Source: Monocercomonoides exilis PA203
Lineage: Eukaryota > Protista > Preaxostyla
Direction of reading: 5' to 3'
Length of the DNA: 64,000 nucleotides
Assembly: GCA_001643675.2 (NCBI GenBank)
Contig: LSRY02000017.1
Coordinates: 930,001 to 994,000 of the forward strand
In this document: positions 1 to 13,100 of the stretch, piece by piece
Position numbering within the stretch: the stretch's first letter is position 1
Layout: every line of letters begins with the position of its first letter
The notes under the pieces: generated by a model
Database searches by the model: none
The model's input: the letters and a program-made list of their open reading frames with translations, nothing else
Told to the model about the DNA's origin: nothing
Program-made: the position numbers and the translations under genes

Positions 1-2973
1 TTGAAAATTTCGAGTCATTTTCTTTTTGAATTATTTCCTTTTTTCCATCAAAACTCTCTTTTTCTTCTGTTTCTTCTCCTCTTTCCATTTCTTCAATGGG
101 AATTCCATTCAGAATTTTGTAGATCATCTCCTTCGCTTTTTCTTCATCAACACCCAAAAATCCACACTCAACCAAAGATGGCTTGTTGCACAGACACGTT
201 TGGATTTCAACTAAAAAGGCATCGCTTAGCTTAGGCGTGTAGCGGAGTTGGCTGGAAAGACGAGGAGAAGAGTGAATGGAGGAGAAGGAAGAAGAGGGAG
301 AAGAGGTAGAAGAAGAGGATGATAATGCGAGTATTGAAGGAGAAACGGTCTTGTTCAATGAAGAAAACTGAGCATCAGTGAAGTGTTGCTTAGCGTGAAT
401 ATCGTTGACAGTTGAATTTGAAGAAGAAGAAGAAGAATCAAATGAATGCTTTGTTTGAACAATTTCATCTGAAGAAGTTATGCCATTTGTTTCATTGACA
501 CCTGAAAAAGCTATGTTTTCAGGCGGCTTCAAGAAAGGATTCAAAGAAGGAGACGAAACAAGAGAAAGTTTCTTGGCTTTTTTCGGTTTTTGCGTCAAAA
601 CAGAAGAATTATTGAACTTTTCCACCAAAATTGCATCTTCATCTGCTTTGTATTTGAGAGCAGATGAAAACTGACTAAGAATTTTGTCTTCTTCTTCTGT
701 GTGGACGTTGCTATCTATTTTACTTGACTTATCAAAAATAGCTTTGTTTCCCTTCGATTTTTGCTTTTGCTGAAGCAACTCATGAAATTCCTTATCGCTT
801 TCCATCTTCCTCTTCTTCTCCTCTTCCTCTTTCGCTCTCATGAGCTGGCTAACTCTTTCCTTTTCTTTCTTCTTCTTCTCCTTTTCTCTTCTCGTCCTCA
901 GCATCATCGCACACTCTAGAAATATCCTCGTTTCAGTCAAAAACTCTGCAAATGGCTGAGAATTCTTCGGAAACGACTCAACAAATTTTTGCAAGCGAAC
1001 AAGCTGTGCGGGTAAAAACTGCGCATCGGAAGCAATTGACTCATCGGTTGGCTCTGATAGAGTGACTGAAGGGAGCACAGCTGTTGAGGCTGATGTCATC
1101 AGAGAAGAAGACAGAGAAAGATGAGAAAGTGTGGAGGAATCATTAAAAACACTGGGATTTTGGCTAATTTTCTTGTTTTGCCCGTTTTGTCTGTTTAATT
1201 GCCCTTTCCCAATTTTGTTGATTTCATTCACATTGTTTATTCTTGCCATTGAAATCGTAGCAGAAAGCATCTTTTTGCGTGGCTTGCTTGTTTTCTGGTG
1301 AGTGTTCGTTGAGCGGTGTGGATGAGGCGGAAGAGGCGGAAGAGGAAGAAGATGACAGGAAATGCTGGCTGCAATATCAGCGTGGAAGTGGAAGAAGAAA
1401 TACATAAAAGGACGAGACAAATCTTGGTGGCGTATGTGCAAGGAAGAGGAAAAGGGGGAAGGAGTTGGGGAAGGAGATGGGGAACGAGAGGGAGAAGGGG
1501 AGGAAGAAGGAGAGGAAGAAGGAGAAGAACTTGGTGTTGTTCGATTCCTCATCGGAGGAGGTGGAAACAAATGCATCTCTTTGCTGATACTACTCAAGGA
1601 AACTTGTGAAGCCAAAGAAGAACTTGTACAATGAACAGCTTCTTGTTTGGGCTCAGCTCCCTTTCGCAAAACAGCAGGCGACGAAACAGCGCTCAGCGCA
1701 ATCGGCCGCCGCAGCTTGAAAGAAGAAGCAAGCGCCTTCACAGAATGGAAGAGCACTTTCACAGAACTCCAGTCAATTTCTTTCAAAAACTGCGGAGGAT
1801 CGGTACTGAATAAATCCTCATTCAACGTCAAGTCAAAGGCGTCCTTCTCGTTTTCTCGTTCTCCGCTGGAGTGTGTGTTCTTTTTCTTTTTTGTGGATTC
1901 TTTTGCTGCAATTTTCCTTTCCGCTTTCTTTTCAATAGGAAACCAAACCTTCATCTTCTCCAAGTCAACAACTGCTGTGTTCCCTGTGCCGTATAAGCAC
2001 GACTCGCGTCCTTTCACACACTGTCGCAGCACTCCCATCACGAAGGGCATCGGAGCATCGATGTAGTCGACCAAAGAGTACGGAACAACCGGAATATACA
2101 GATGAGGCCATTTGAAAGGGCAGAGAAGGCGAATGAAAGCATATGTCAAATCGCTGATCAGATCAATGCGGTCTCCAACGACGATAATAGACCGTTCTAA
2201 CAGCAGCCAAATATGCAAGTGGACAATGTCAGTTGCAGACAGATAGTGAAACATAGCGAACAAATCTACATCACATAGTGATTCAAACGGCTCACTTGGT
2301 CTATGGATTTCGTTTGGTGAAAACGTGACTTTCTTAACTAAAGATGAAAAATTAAGAAATATTGATTGCCCCTGACGAGGTATTCGAGAAGCAGAAGCAA
2401 ATTCTTTTATGATAGGCTGATAAAATTCTTCTAAATCGTCTTTACTAGGTTGTGAATCTTTTTTGAAAACGTCCGATGATACATAGCATTCAACAATTTG
2501 AGAAAGCATCAAAAGCATTGTCTCTTTCCAGTGGTTAGATGTTAAAATGCAAACGCATTCAGGAGGCTTTTCTCCCCAACCTTTGAAGCGCATGCAAAAT
2601 CCATATCTCTTTTCATTGGATTGTGTTGTCAAGCAAAACACAAAGGGCTTCCTAAATGATCAATAAAAACAAAATAAGCACAAAAAAAGAATGAACGAAC
2701 ACACTGTCCTTTGAATAATGGATGAGGATAAGCATATCGCTCAGGAAAGCAAAACTCTCCAATATTTGGAGGAGAAGGCCATTGAGCAAAATCATGCTCA
2801 AATAAAATCACTAGCTTAAATATTTTTTGCGATTTTTCTGATGCTTCAGTTTGTTTTTTTTTAACTTCCAGCGCATTTTTGTCAATTTTCATAATCTGAG
2901 TTTTGTTCTTTGAAGTATAATCACAAGGCACGAAAGATATGTGAATCAATGCATCAATTAACTTTGGTGTCAT
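1..2973 (-). CDS. DENN-domain protein (putative Rab GEF), 3' end outside the window; intron 2652-2704
   Basis: Exon 1 has uDENN-like IGEFCFP. Splicing GTGTGT..TTTAG (2704-2652) gives KPFVFCLTTQSNEKRYGFCMRF, then PECVCILTSNHW and the cDENN core WLLLERSIIVVGD...LLCPFKWPHLYIPVVPYSLVDYIDAPMPFVMG. A dDENN-like PFAEFLTETRIF lies near 860-960. The frame appears open to position 1 (spot-checked). Confidence 0.88.
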
Positions 2974-3105
2974 GCAACTGGATGAAAAAAGCTATTTTGC
3001 TGAAGATGCCGTTGCAAAGAATAAACAATATATGAAATAAAATTATTATTTTTTCAAAATCCATAATTATATATCCCAATCTAATAATTTTTGTAGAATT
3101 TTTTT

Positions 3106-6100
3106 ATGCTGCGTTTAACGTGGTTTTCTTTTACGTTTATTTTTGCTATATGGCTATTGGCAACAGCACTTTCATCAATATTTCACAACCCTGTTCCCCA
3201 ACTGTCAAATGAAAATGTTGAACATTTGAAGGATTATTCATATGTTCTTGATGATAATCCAATGGGCGTCACTTGGTTTATACAAGCCACAGACATACAC
3301 ATTGGTAGAACAAGTAAAGTCCGAAAGTCATGGAAGTATTATTTCATAATATTCAAAATCATTTACATTTCGTTTCTTCAGATCATTCATAAATGAAGTT
3401 GTGGAAGGATACGTTCATCCCGCAAAAGTTATCGTAACTGGTGACATGGTCCATAATAGTGACGGGTGTGCTTGCTCGTTTATGAAAATCTATTGATTTA
3501 TAAAAAAAAGATTAAAGACAGCTCAAGTGATTGGCGACTGGATTGATTACAACGATTCAATCTCTCGGACAAATTGGAAAAAATGTGATTATATCGTTGA
3601 TGTTAGAGGAAATCACGATAGTTTGATTCTTATTATCTTTTATTGTGAGAATATTTAATTGGCGCTTTTAGGTTCGGGAATGGCACCTGTTTTTACAAGC
3701 ACTGATTATGTTGTAAATTACAGTTCATGTGGTTTTCAAAAAAAGATGGCTTATACGTCCACAATTGAAGTTCAGACAGATCAGCCATATTCTTCACTTC
3801 GGAATGATGGATTGAATCGATATACATTTGTTTTGCTTGATTCAACTCTAGACCCAGGTATTTTATTTTTTTATAAGCCAGAAATATTTTTGAATGACTT
3901 TCCATCATTATGCATTGCAATTTCATCATTATACGAAAATTTCCAACTTTTTTTTTTAACTTTTGATCAAATCCAACGAAATAGCACTAATTCAACCACT
4001 CGGTTTTTTTGGTGAAGTGTCTGACAATTCGCTTCTTTCAATAAACATCTCGCGGATGAAGCAACTTGAAGCCGCTTTCACGTCTTCCAACGTGTCTGAT
4101 GCAAATCTTGTCTTTTTAGCGACTCATTCACCTGCCTGTGTCTTGAATGCAAGAGGGAAAGATGCAATTGAAAGAATTCTCGAAGAAGGGAAGTTTGTGA
4201 ATGAAGCGGGAGCTCACACTGCAATCTGGGCAAGGACACACAAGAAGCAGCTGGCAAAGGCTGGACTAAGCGGAGTGTTTGACAAGCAAAACGGAGAATT
4301 ATCAGCAACACATTCAGACAATGCTTCCTCAATTAACAACACACTTTCTTCTTCCTCTTCTTTTTCTTCCCTCTCAACAACAACAAAAACAACTTCTTCC
4401 TTCTCTCCGCCCTCCACCTTCCGCCCGCTGTGGGGCCTTCTCAACGGCCACTTCCACAGCACTGCAATGGAGCGCTTTTCGCGTTCGCGGCGCTATGCAG
4501 AGGCCGAATTGTGCTCGTTTGTGCACAGCAAGGCTTGGCGGCTGTATGCCATTGACCATCAGATGGTGGTGTGGAGCGATGAGTACTATGCAAGCAGCAA
4601 TGAGGGAGAAGAGGATGATGATGATGCAGATAAGAGGTATTATGCGATTGAGAGTGTTAAGATTAATGATGTGAAAGAACGAGATGCTAACAGAAACGGT
4701 TATTTGTCTCATGAACAAAGTTCTGATGAAGATTCTGATTCAAAAGAAAGCGAAAAGGGGATAATGTTTGCAGTGAGCAAACAAGAAGAGAAGCGATTCT
4801 TCAAAAGAGAAGAAAGAAAGAGAAGCAGCATCATCAGAAGTGCTAAGACGAGAATGAGAGGATGGGGCAGCACAAGCGTTGAGGTGCCTGTCTTTGAGAA
4901 GATAGGGCAGATACAGCTGAATAACGATACAGACATTGGAAATGGAGATATTTCTCTATCATCTTTTCAATCATCTTTATCATCATCATCATCATCATCA
5001 TCATCAATTTCTTCTTCTTCTGCCTCTTCTTCTTCTCATATTCTCGTCAGAAAGACGAAGAAGCTTGAGAGAGTGTGGAGGACGCCATTCGACGATGTGT
5101 GGGAGTTCATAGAGACACACTATTTGAATAGGGAAGTCGAAGGAAGAGACGAGGAGCTTAGAAGAGCTGAGATAAAAGCGGAGAAATTGAAGAAAATGAA
5201 GAAAATGAAGGAAGAAAAGAAAGTTGAGTTAACTGGTGAGATGGAAGGTGAAAACAGGAATTTTGAGGTGGAAGAGGATTCAGAAAAGAACAAAAACATT
5301 TCAAAAGATATTACTTCACTTCAATCATCCCCATCATCATTATCTTCTCCTTCTTCAACATCATCTTTTCCATCATCATCCGCTTCCTCTTCTTCTTCTT
5401 CCTCTGTTCCTTCCTTATGCTCTGCAGTGATCACCAACCCACCGTCGGCTGAGCAGATAACTCTGCGCACGCCATTTGACATGGCTGTCAATTCCACTCA
5501 CATTCGCACGCTGATCTTCTGCCAGAAGCCTGTTGTGAGGGCATGGGTGGATATTGATGGAGGAGATGGAAGGGGTGGAGGAAGAGGAAGAGGAAGAGGG
5601 AAAAGAGGAGGAAGAGTTGAAAAAGATGATGTAAAAGGATTGAAAGATGAAACAGGAGGAGAAGGAGAAGAAGAAACAAGCGATGAAAATACCAAACAGA
5701 AGAAGAATTGCACTCCAAACAAATCAAATTCTCCTTCTTCTTCTCTTTTCCATTCAGCTTCTGATGCTTCTTCCACCCCTCTCACATACAACCTTTCTCT
5801 CACCACCCGCCCAAACCCGCACAAAGTTCCCCTGTTTGTGTCTCAATGGGATCCTCTCCCATTCTCTTTGGACGGAAGCGTGCCTTCTCTTTCCAAAGGC
5901 AAAGATTTCCATTCCATTCAGCTGCATGTCGTGGTGGATGAGGCGCTGGCGGATGCTGTTCCACCAGATGTACCCTCAGTTGGGTATTATTCAGGTGCTG
6001 CTTCGAATGAAGAGAGCGAAGCTGATGATAATGATAATGATTATAATTATCATTATTCTTCCTCTTTTTCATCATCATTATCTTCTTCTTCTTCTTCTTC

Positions 6101-6654
6101 TTTCTGTTCCTCTTCTTCTTCTTCCCCTTCTCTCCGCCAGTTCGACTTCCCTCTCCAATACTTCTCTCTTTCTGGCTATACACGTCTACCCCCTCCTTCT
6201 CTGCCTCGCATTGTGTTGCAGCTGCCTGTTGCGAAGATGATTGATGTGGCGTTGGTTGGATGGAGTGCGATTCTGATGTTTGTGCTTGTGGCTTCGCGGT
6301 TTGTGAGGATCTGTGCGATTTCGCTGGGGAGAAGAGAAATGAAGGAGGAGGAGAGGGAGATGGTGATGAGAGAGAAGAGGGAGAAAGAAGTGAAGATGGT
6401 GAAGATGGTGAAGATGGTGAAGATGGTGAAGATGGTGAAGATGGTGAAGATGGTGAAGATGGATAATGAAAATGAAATGGAAAAGATGAAAAGAAGCGAG
6501 GAAAACGAAGAAAAGAAAGATAATGTGAACAACAACTTATCGAATTCGCCTCATGTTTCTTCATCGGATCAAAAGCAAAGCCAACAAAAGATACAAAAAG
6601 CCGAAAAAGAAAAAGAAGAAGCAGAAGGCAAAGCAGCAACAACAACAGAAGAAG

Positions 6655-6687
<33 letters not shown>

Positions 6688-9188
6688 AACTTGAAGAATG
6701 CAATGAAGAAACAGAAAGTGCTTTCAAAGAAAGTTTCACTGAATCAGACATCTTTTTTGCTGATGTGATGCAATCGGTGCTGTGGAAGCCCACATTTCAT
6801 CTGGAAAATGGAGAGGGAGAACATGAAGCAGAAAGAATTAATGAAGAAGGAGGAGAAGATGATGATTATGATGATGGGAACAACAGTGAAGGAGTGGCTG
6901 TAGAATACGAAAGAAGCCACGAGGCTGATGAACCATTCACTTTATCATTGTCTTCATCATCATCATCATCATCTTCTTCTTCTTCCATTGAATTCTCTGG
7001 TGCCTCTTCTGATATTTCCTTGCCTTATCCTTCTTGTTGCTTCCGCTGCCTTTCAAACTGCGGATTTATTGAATGTATTCCAACAGCTTATCTGCTTCTG
7101 CCCTTTTCTTGGTCAAAAGCAGTGCATCGTTTTATTCTTCGAATGGAATATTTCAATTACGAAAAGAGGAAGAGAAAGAAAAATTTGAAGATTAAAAAGG
7201 AAATGAAGGTGAAAGAAGAAAAAAGGAAAGAGGAAGAAAAAGAAGAGAAGAAGAAGAAGAAGAAGTTGATTGAAATGGCAGAGCTATCTCCATCCCAAAA
7301 TGAAGAAAAGTCATCTTCTTCAGACTCTTCTCTATCTCATTCGCATATTAATTCTTCAGAAAACAAAGTTATTTCTTCATCTCATTCACCTTCACAGTCA
7401 ACTCATTTATCTTCACCAAAACCAAATTCAACACAAACTCCTCCTTTTCCTTCTTTTTCCTCTCCACTCCCATCTTTTCCCTCACGTTTCCTTCAATTCT
7501 GTATATCTTCTCTTTATCCCTATTATCTTCTCCCCTTCGGCATTTTTGTCTGTCTCTTCATTTACATCGTCCTTTTGCTGTTTGGCCCGCTTTTCTTTGG
7601 CTTCTCGCACGTCAAGCCGACAAATGCTGCACTCGCCAGCACAGCCTCTTCTCTTGTCTCGTCCACATTCCATCAAAATTCTGTTAATATTTCTTCTTCT
7701 TCTTCTTTTGACAATTCTTCCTTTTCTTCTTCTTCTTTGTTCGAACCCAGTAATTCTGCTTCCCCACATCTTCCCCACATTCCCTTCATCCACCCCTCAT
7801 CCACCAAATCCTCTTCCTTTGCCCCTCCTCACCTCTCCTCCATCAACGACACCAGGATTTCAATCTTTCCTTCAGTGATTTCTGTGTTCATGTGGGGCTC
7901 AGTGCAGATGGGCCATGTGAACAAAGGAGAAGACACAGGAGTGGTTGTGCTGATTCTGATGGTGTTTTTCATGGCGTACCCGTTTGTGATATCGGTGGTG
8001 TATTTGAATCACAGAGAGAGAGATGGTGGAGGGAGGAGGAGGGAGGGGAAAGAGGGAGAGGGAGGGGAAAGAGAGGAAGAAAGAGAAGAAAGAGAAGGAG
8101 AAAAAGAAGAAGAAGAAGAAGGAAAAGAAGGAGGAAAAGATGAAGGAAAAGAAAAAGAAAAAGAAAAAGATGTTGGAAAAGAAGAGGAAAAGACAGAAAA
8201 TGATGAATTAGCACAAGAAATCGAGTTAACTTCTATTGATGTTTCGTCTTCTTCGTCTTCCTCTTCTTCTTCAATCACTTCTAACTCAACTTCATCTTCT
8301 TCATCTTCTTCATCTTCTTCATCTTCTTCATCTTCTTCATCTTCTTCATCTTCTTTAACTCTTTCTTCCTCTTCCTCTTCTTCATCTTCTTCAGATATTC
8401 CCACATCCACATTGGAGCATAAAGTGATTTCACAGGAATCTTTGTTTATGACCGCACTGCCCTTGCAGCAATCAGAGGAAATCGTTAACTCTTCTTTAAC
8501 ATCTCAACAACAAGAAAACACAAATAATGAGCAAAATGTTCAAAATAATGAAAATTCATTTGAAGAAATGAATGAAAGCGAAAGAAAAGAACAAAATGAT
8601 ATTTCTTCATCTTCTTCAACTTCATCATCAGCATCATTCGCAACAGCTCCTTCTTACAGCACATTAACTTCATCATCATCATCTTCTTCTTCAATTGCTT
8701 CAATTTCTTCTACTTCTACAATTTCATCATCTTCTTCGCCTCCTCCTTCTTCTCCATCGTCTTCCTCCTCTCCCATCCTCAACACCTCCAAAAGTCAATC
8801 TTCATTGCAATCTTCTGAATCTTCTTCTTCTTCTCTTTCTCCTTCTGAAATAGCAAACTCCTCTTTCTCCATTTCTTCCTCTTCTTCCACTTCCTCTTCT
8901 CCTTCTCATTCTCTTTCCCTTTCCCTTCATTCTCAAACAGAACTTCCTTATTTAGAGGAAACACGTTTCAACCTCCCCCTCCTTTTTCTTATCTTGTGTC
9001 TTCTTTCGTACTGCATCACCAGCATCGTCATTACTGTCATCTGCATTTTGATGCACCCAACGTTCATTTTCTCGATTTTTGCACTTCCGCAAATGGTTTT
9101 TGGAGGTGTTATCTTGTTTTATACGGTTAGGTTGAATAAACGGGAAGAAAGAAAGAAGGAAAATTCAGAGTCGAAGAAAATAGCCTGA
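3106..9188 (+). CDS. TMEM62-like calcineurin-type metallophosphoesterase membrane protein, ~1937 aa; introns 3336-3381, 3466-3510, 3621-3671, 3858-3984
   Basis: N-terminal hydrophobic segment. The spliced frame restores the phosphoesterase motifs TDIH, TGDMV, VRGNHD, THSP and LNGHFH, plus PLGFFG and AWRLYAIDH as in TMEM62. Several C-terminal TM helices. All four GT-AG introns are phase-consistent. Confidence 0.8.
6390..6461 (+). repeat. Perfect 9-nt tandem repeat (GTGAAGATG)x8 encoding (VKM)8
   Basis: Read directly from the sequence; lies inside the TMEM62-like CDS. Confidence 0.95.
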
Positions 9189-10198
9189 ATAAATGTGATT
9201 GTGGATGAATATATTCTTGTTTTGATTTTTAATTCGTTTTTTTTAAATAAAAAATTATCATAGAAACTATTTTTACTATTCTTAGCTTTTTGTTGAGTTT
9301 GAGTTTGTAAATATCCATTCATTTATTAGCTTAGATTTTTTCGTTTAACAATATGTTTTATTTTCCTGATTACAACTTGAGGCTTTTTGTGAAGAAAAAA
9401 AGTGAAACATGTTTTGCACTAACAACAGATTTTATAACTCTTAGAATTAAAAGGAACAGAAAGAATTCTGTTTATTTGAACTGAAAAAGAAGAAAGTTAA
9501 TTGTTTATTACAAAACGAAAAAAATTAAAATAACAAAACAAAATGTAACAATACTATCAACTTGCTCTGCGATACGATTTGAAAACATTTAACAAACAAA
9601 TAAAAAGGCAGAAAGAACAAACAAACAAAAGACAGAAAAGAAAAGAAAAGAAAACAGAAAAGAAATGCAAAATAAACTGAAACAATTAGAAATAGTTAGA
9701 AACAATTTGAATGCCCAAAAGGCAGTCTTGTGGCAAGCCTTGTGTGGACAATATCCATTCGCACCACATTAAAAACATGCAAAAATTAAAATGAAAATTA
9801 AAATAAAAGTGAAAAAAAAAAGAAAAGAAAAAAGAGAAAGAGATTAACAACGTTAAACATAGGGGAAAAACCTCTTCTTGTAAAAATAAAAATACACACA
9901 AAGTAATAAACAGTTGGAAAATATCTAGAGGCATATAATTTCAAAGTTATGCACATTTTTGCATAAAATCTTAAACATAAAAACAGTTTCACTAAATTAA
10001 CGGATGAAAAAGATATTTCTTTTTTATAAATTAAAAAGTCGAAAAAAAAGGAAAGGAAAAAAAGGAAAGGAAAGAATAAGAAACAGAAAAAAAAATCTGT
10101 TTTTTCAAAGCCCAAGCCAAAATAAGAATAGAAAAAAGAAAAGAAAAAAGAAAAAAGAAACAAATCCAACACAACAATCAACTTCCACCCCCAACCCT

Positions 10199-13100
10199 TC
10201 AGCTAAATCCCGAGTGGCTGCGCAGATGTGATGTCACTCTTGCCGTCTTCCAAATAGACACAGCAGGATTCGCCTCTTTCTCTTGCTTCAATCGCGAAGG
10301 AGGCAAAAATGAACCAGAATTCTCATTCAGAAAGGAAGTGGTGGTCAAAGTGGATAAAGTGGAGCTTGTGGGGGAATTGAGAGAAGAGAGATGGTTGGGC
10401 GAATGGGAAGAGACAGAAGTGATAGAAGAAATAGCATGGATGGGAGTGGGAAGATGCTGGTTGACTTGGCAATGGTGCAGTGGGGAGATGCGTTCGGTGG
10501 AGCTGGAGAAAGAATTAGGAGTGAAAGAAGAAGAAGAGGAGGAAGAGGAAGAAGAATTAGAAGAAAATGAAGACGAATACCTATTTGACCCACCACCACC
10601 ACTTCCTCCTCCTCCAACACCTCCTTTAGCTTCTCCGTTCCTCTCCTTCATCTTCGACATATTTGGCAGTGATGCTGACGATTTCAAAGTTGGACAGAAA
10701 TTTTCATCAGAAATGGAAGGCGGAGGAGCTGGTGGTCTTTTGAAGGAAGATTGCATCACAACATAATACCCATCTTCACTGAGGGTGGGGGAGGAAGGAG
10801 AGGAAGGAGAATGAGAAGGAGAAGGAGAATGAGAAAGTGATGGAGAAGAAGGAGGAGAAATCGAAGGAGGAGAAGAAGGAGGAGAGGAAGAGGCAGAAGA
10901 AGAAGCAGTAGAAGTTGTTCTTGTTATGGCGGTGAGTGTTTGAGGTGTATGAGGCGTCTGAGAAGAGGAAAGAGCAGGAGATGATAGAGAAATGGAAGGA
11001 TATCCAGATGCAATTGCATTTGGCACAGAAGAAGAAGAAGACAAGGAAGATGATGAAGATGATAAAGAAGAAGAAGAGGAAGATGATGATGATGTGGAAG
11101 AAGACAACGTCAGTGGCATAATCATCGGAATCGGAGGCGGTGGAAGCGGTTTTTGAGATGAAAGTTTGAGAGAATTGAGCGAAGTGGCAGTAAAAGAAGA
11201 GGCTGAAGCCAAAGAAGAAGAAGAATGGCGCTGAAGTTTAGTGCTTGACGTGATGAGGGTGGAATGAGCAGAAGCAGAGGTGGAGGTTCTATGTAAATGG
11301 GAATATGTAAGAGGAAGAGGAAGAGGAAGAGGAGAAGAAGAAAAGGAAGGAGAAGAAAAAGAAGGGGAGGAAGGAGAAGAAGAAGGAAATTTAGGAGTGA
11401 GAGGTGATTGTGAATGAACTGAGTTGTTTGTATTGCTGTTGTTGTTGAAAGATGTTTCCGCAGGAAGAATTGGATGTGATGATGATGACGATGAAGAAGA
11501 AACAGAAGGTGAAGAAGAAGAAGAAGAAGAAGGCAAAGCAGCAGCAGAAGAAGAAGCACGCGAATTCGTACTCTTCTCTTTCTCCTTTGCAGAATCCACG
11601 TTCTTCTTCTCTATCATCAGCATCCCGTCTTTCGTGCCATTGAAGCTGAAGGCCGATAAACCAGACATTTCAGCGCTCCAGTCACTTTGTATCTCTCTCT
11701 CTTCATCGGTCGAGTTCTCCCTCCACATAACACATCTCTCTGTTTCGGTTTCTGATTCGGTTTCTGATTCTGATTCGGTTTCTGTTTCGGATTCTGATTC
11801 AGATTCTGCTTCGCTTTCTGCTTCTATTTCACAGCGACTAGTTTTTGTTCTTGCGTTTTCTGCTTTGCTCTCCCACTCTTCTTCTCCTTCTCTTTTTGCA
11901 TTTTTCACATTTTTTGCTTCTTTCTCTTCTTTATCTTCTTTTTCTTTTTTTGCTTCTTCTTTTTCTTTATGTTCGGAATGCAAATTTTCATCTTCAATAC
12001 AGTTTTGTTCCTCCAATTTGCCATCTTTTCTTATCTGATTCTTATTCATTCCTTCTGAAAGCGATTGAAACAAATGTTGCTCCATTTCTTTCTTGTCTTT
12101 GGCGATTTTCGTGTTTATTTCTCTTTCTCTATCAATTTTTTCATTGTTTTCTATGTTTTCTATTGCTTCTTCATTTTTTTCATCGAAAAAATCTTTTTTC
12201 CCTTCATTTCGTTGTTGCTTCATCATGTTATTATCTTCAATGCTTTCATCTTCTTCCTCCTTTGCATCATACTCTTGTTCTACAAATGGAATTTTCTTGT
12301 CTTTTGAATAAGAAGAAGAAGAGGAGGAGGAAGAAAAATGTGAAGAAGAAGAACTTTTGCTCTTCAAATTCGGAGACGAAAATGATTCTGTTATTTTGAA
12401 TGGTATTTTTCTTCTTGTTTCACCAAACAAATTGCAATCTTCGTCTTTCTTGGTTTGTTTCACTTCTGCTTCAAACAAGTCATCAAACAATCCATCTGAT
12501 TCGTCTCCTCCTTTCTCTTCTCCTTCTCCTCCTTCTCTTTCTCCCTCATCTTCTCCTTCTCCTTCTATCTTCTCTTTCCCCTTCTTCTCCTTCTTCTCCA
12601 ACCCTTCTCTTCTTTCCCCCTCTCCCTTCTCCTTCTCCTTCTCCTTCTCCTTCTCCTCTTCCTCTTCATTCTCCTTTCTTATCATACTTTGTTCATTTGC
12701 CAATGTCAGCCCTTTCTTCACATACTCTCCCAATGACATCCCCATCCTTGTTGAATGTCTGGAGTTCACAGAGCCAAAACCAGAGGGTGAATGAAGAAAA
12801 TCCAAAGAAGAGGAATAAGAATGAAAAGAAGAAGAAGAGGATGAAGAGGAAGGGGAAGAAGAAGAAGAAGGAGAAGATGGGGGAAATGCAGATAACTGTG
12901 GTATCCTCATACTCTGTACTCTTCCATCTCCTCTCCCTCTCCCTCTTCCTCTTCCTCTCACTCCTGGGCCTCTAACAAGGTTTATGCTGAATTTAGACAA
13001 GTTCTTGTATTCTCTATAGGACATCATATGAGAAGATCCAACCGTCTTTGAAAAGGATTTGTTTGACTGGCTTTGCTGGGAGTCGGTTGATTGTGGAGGG

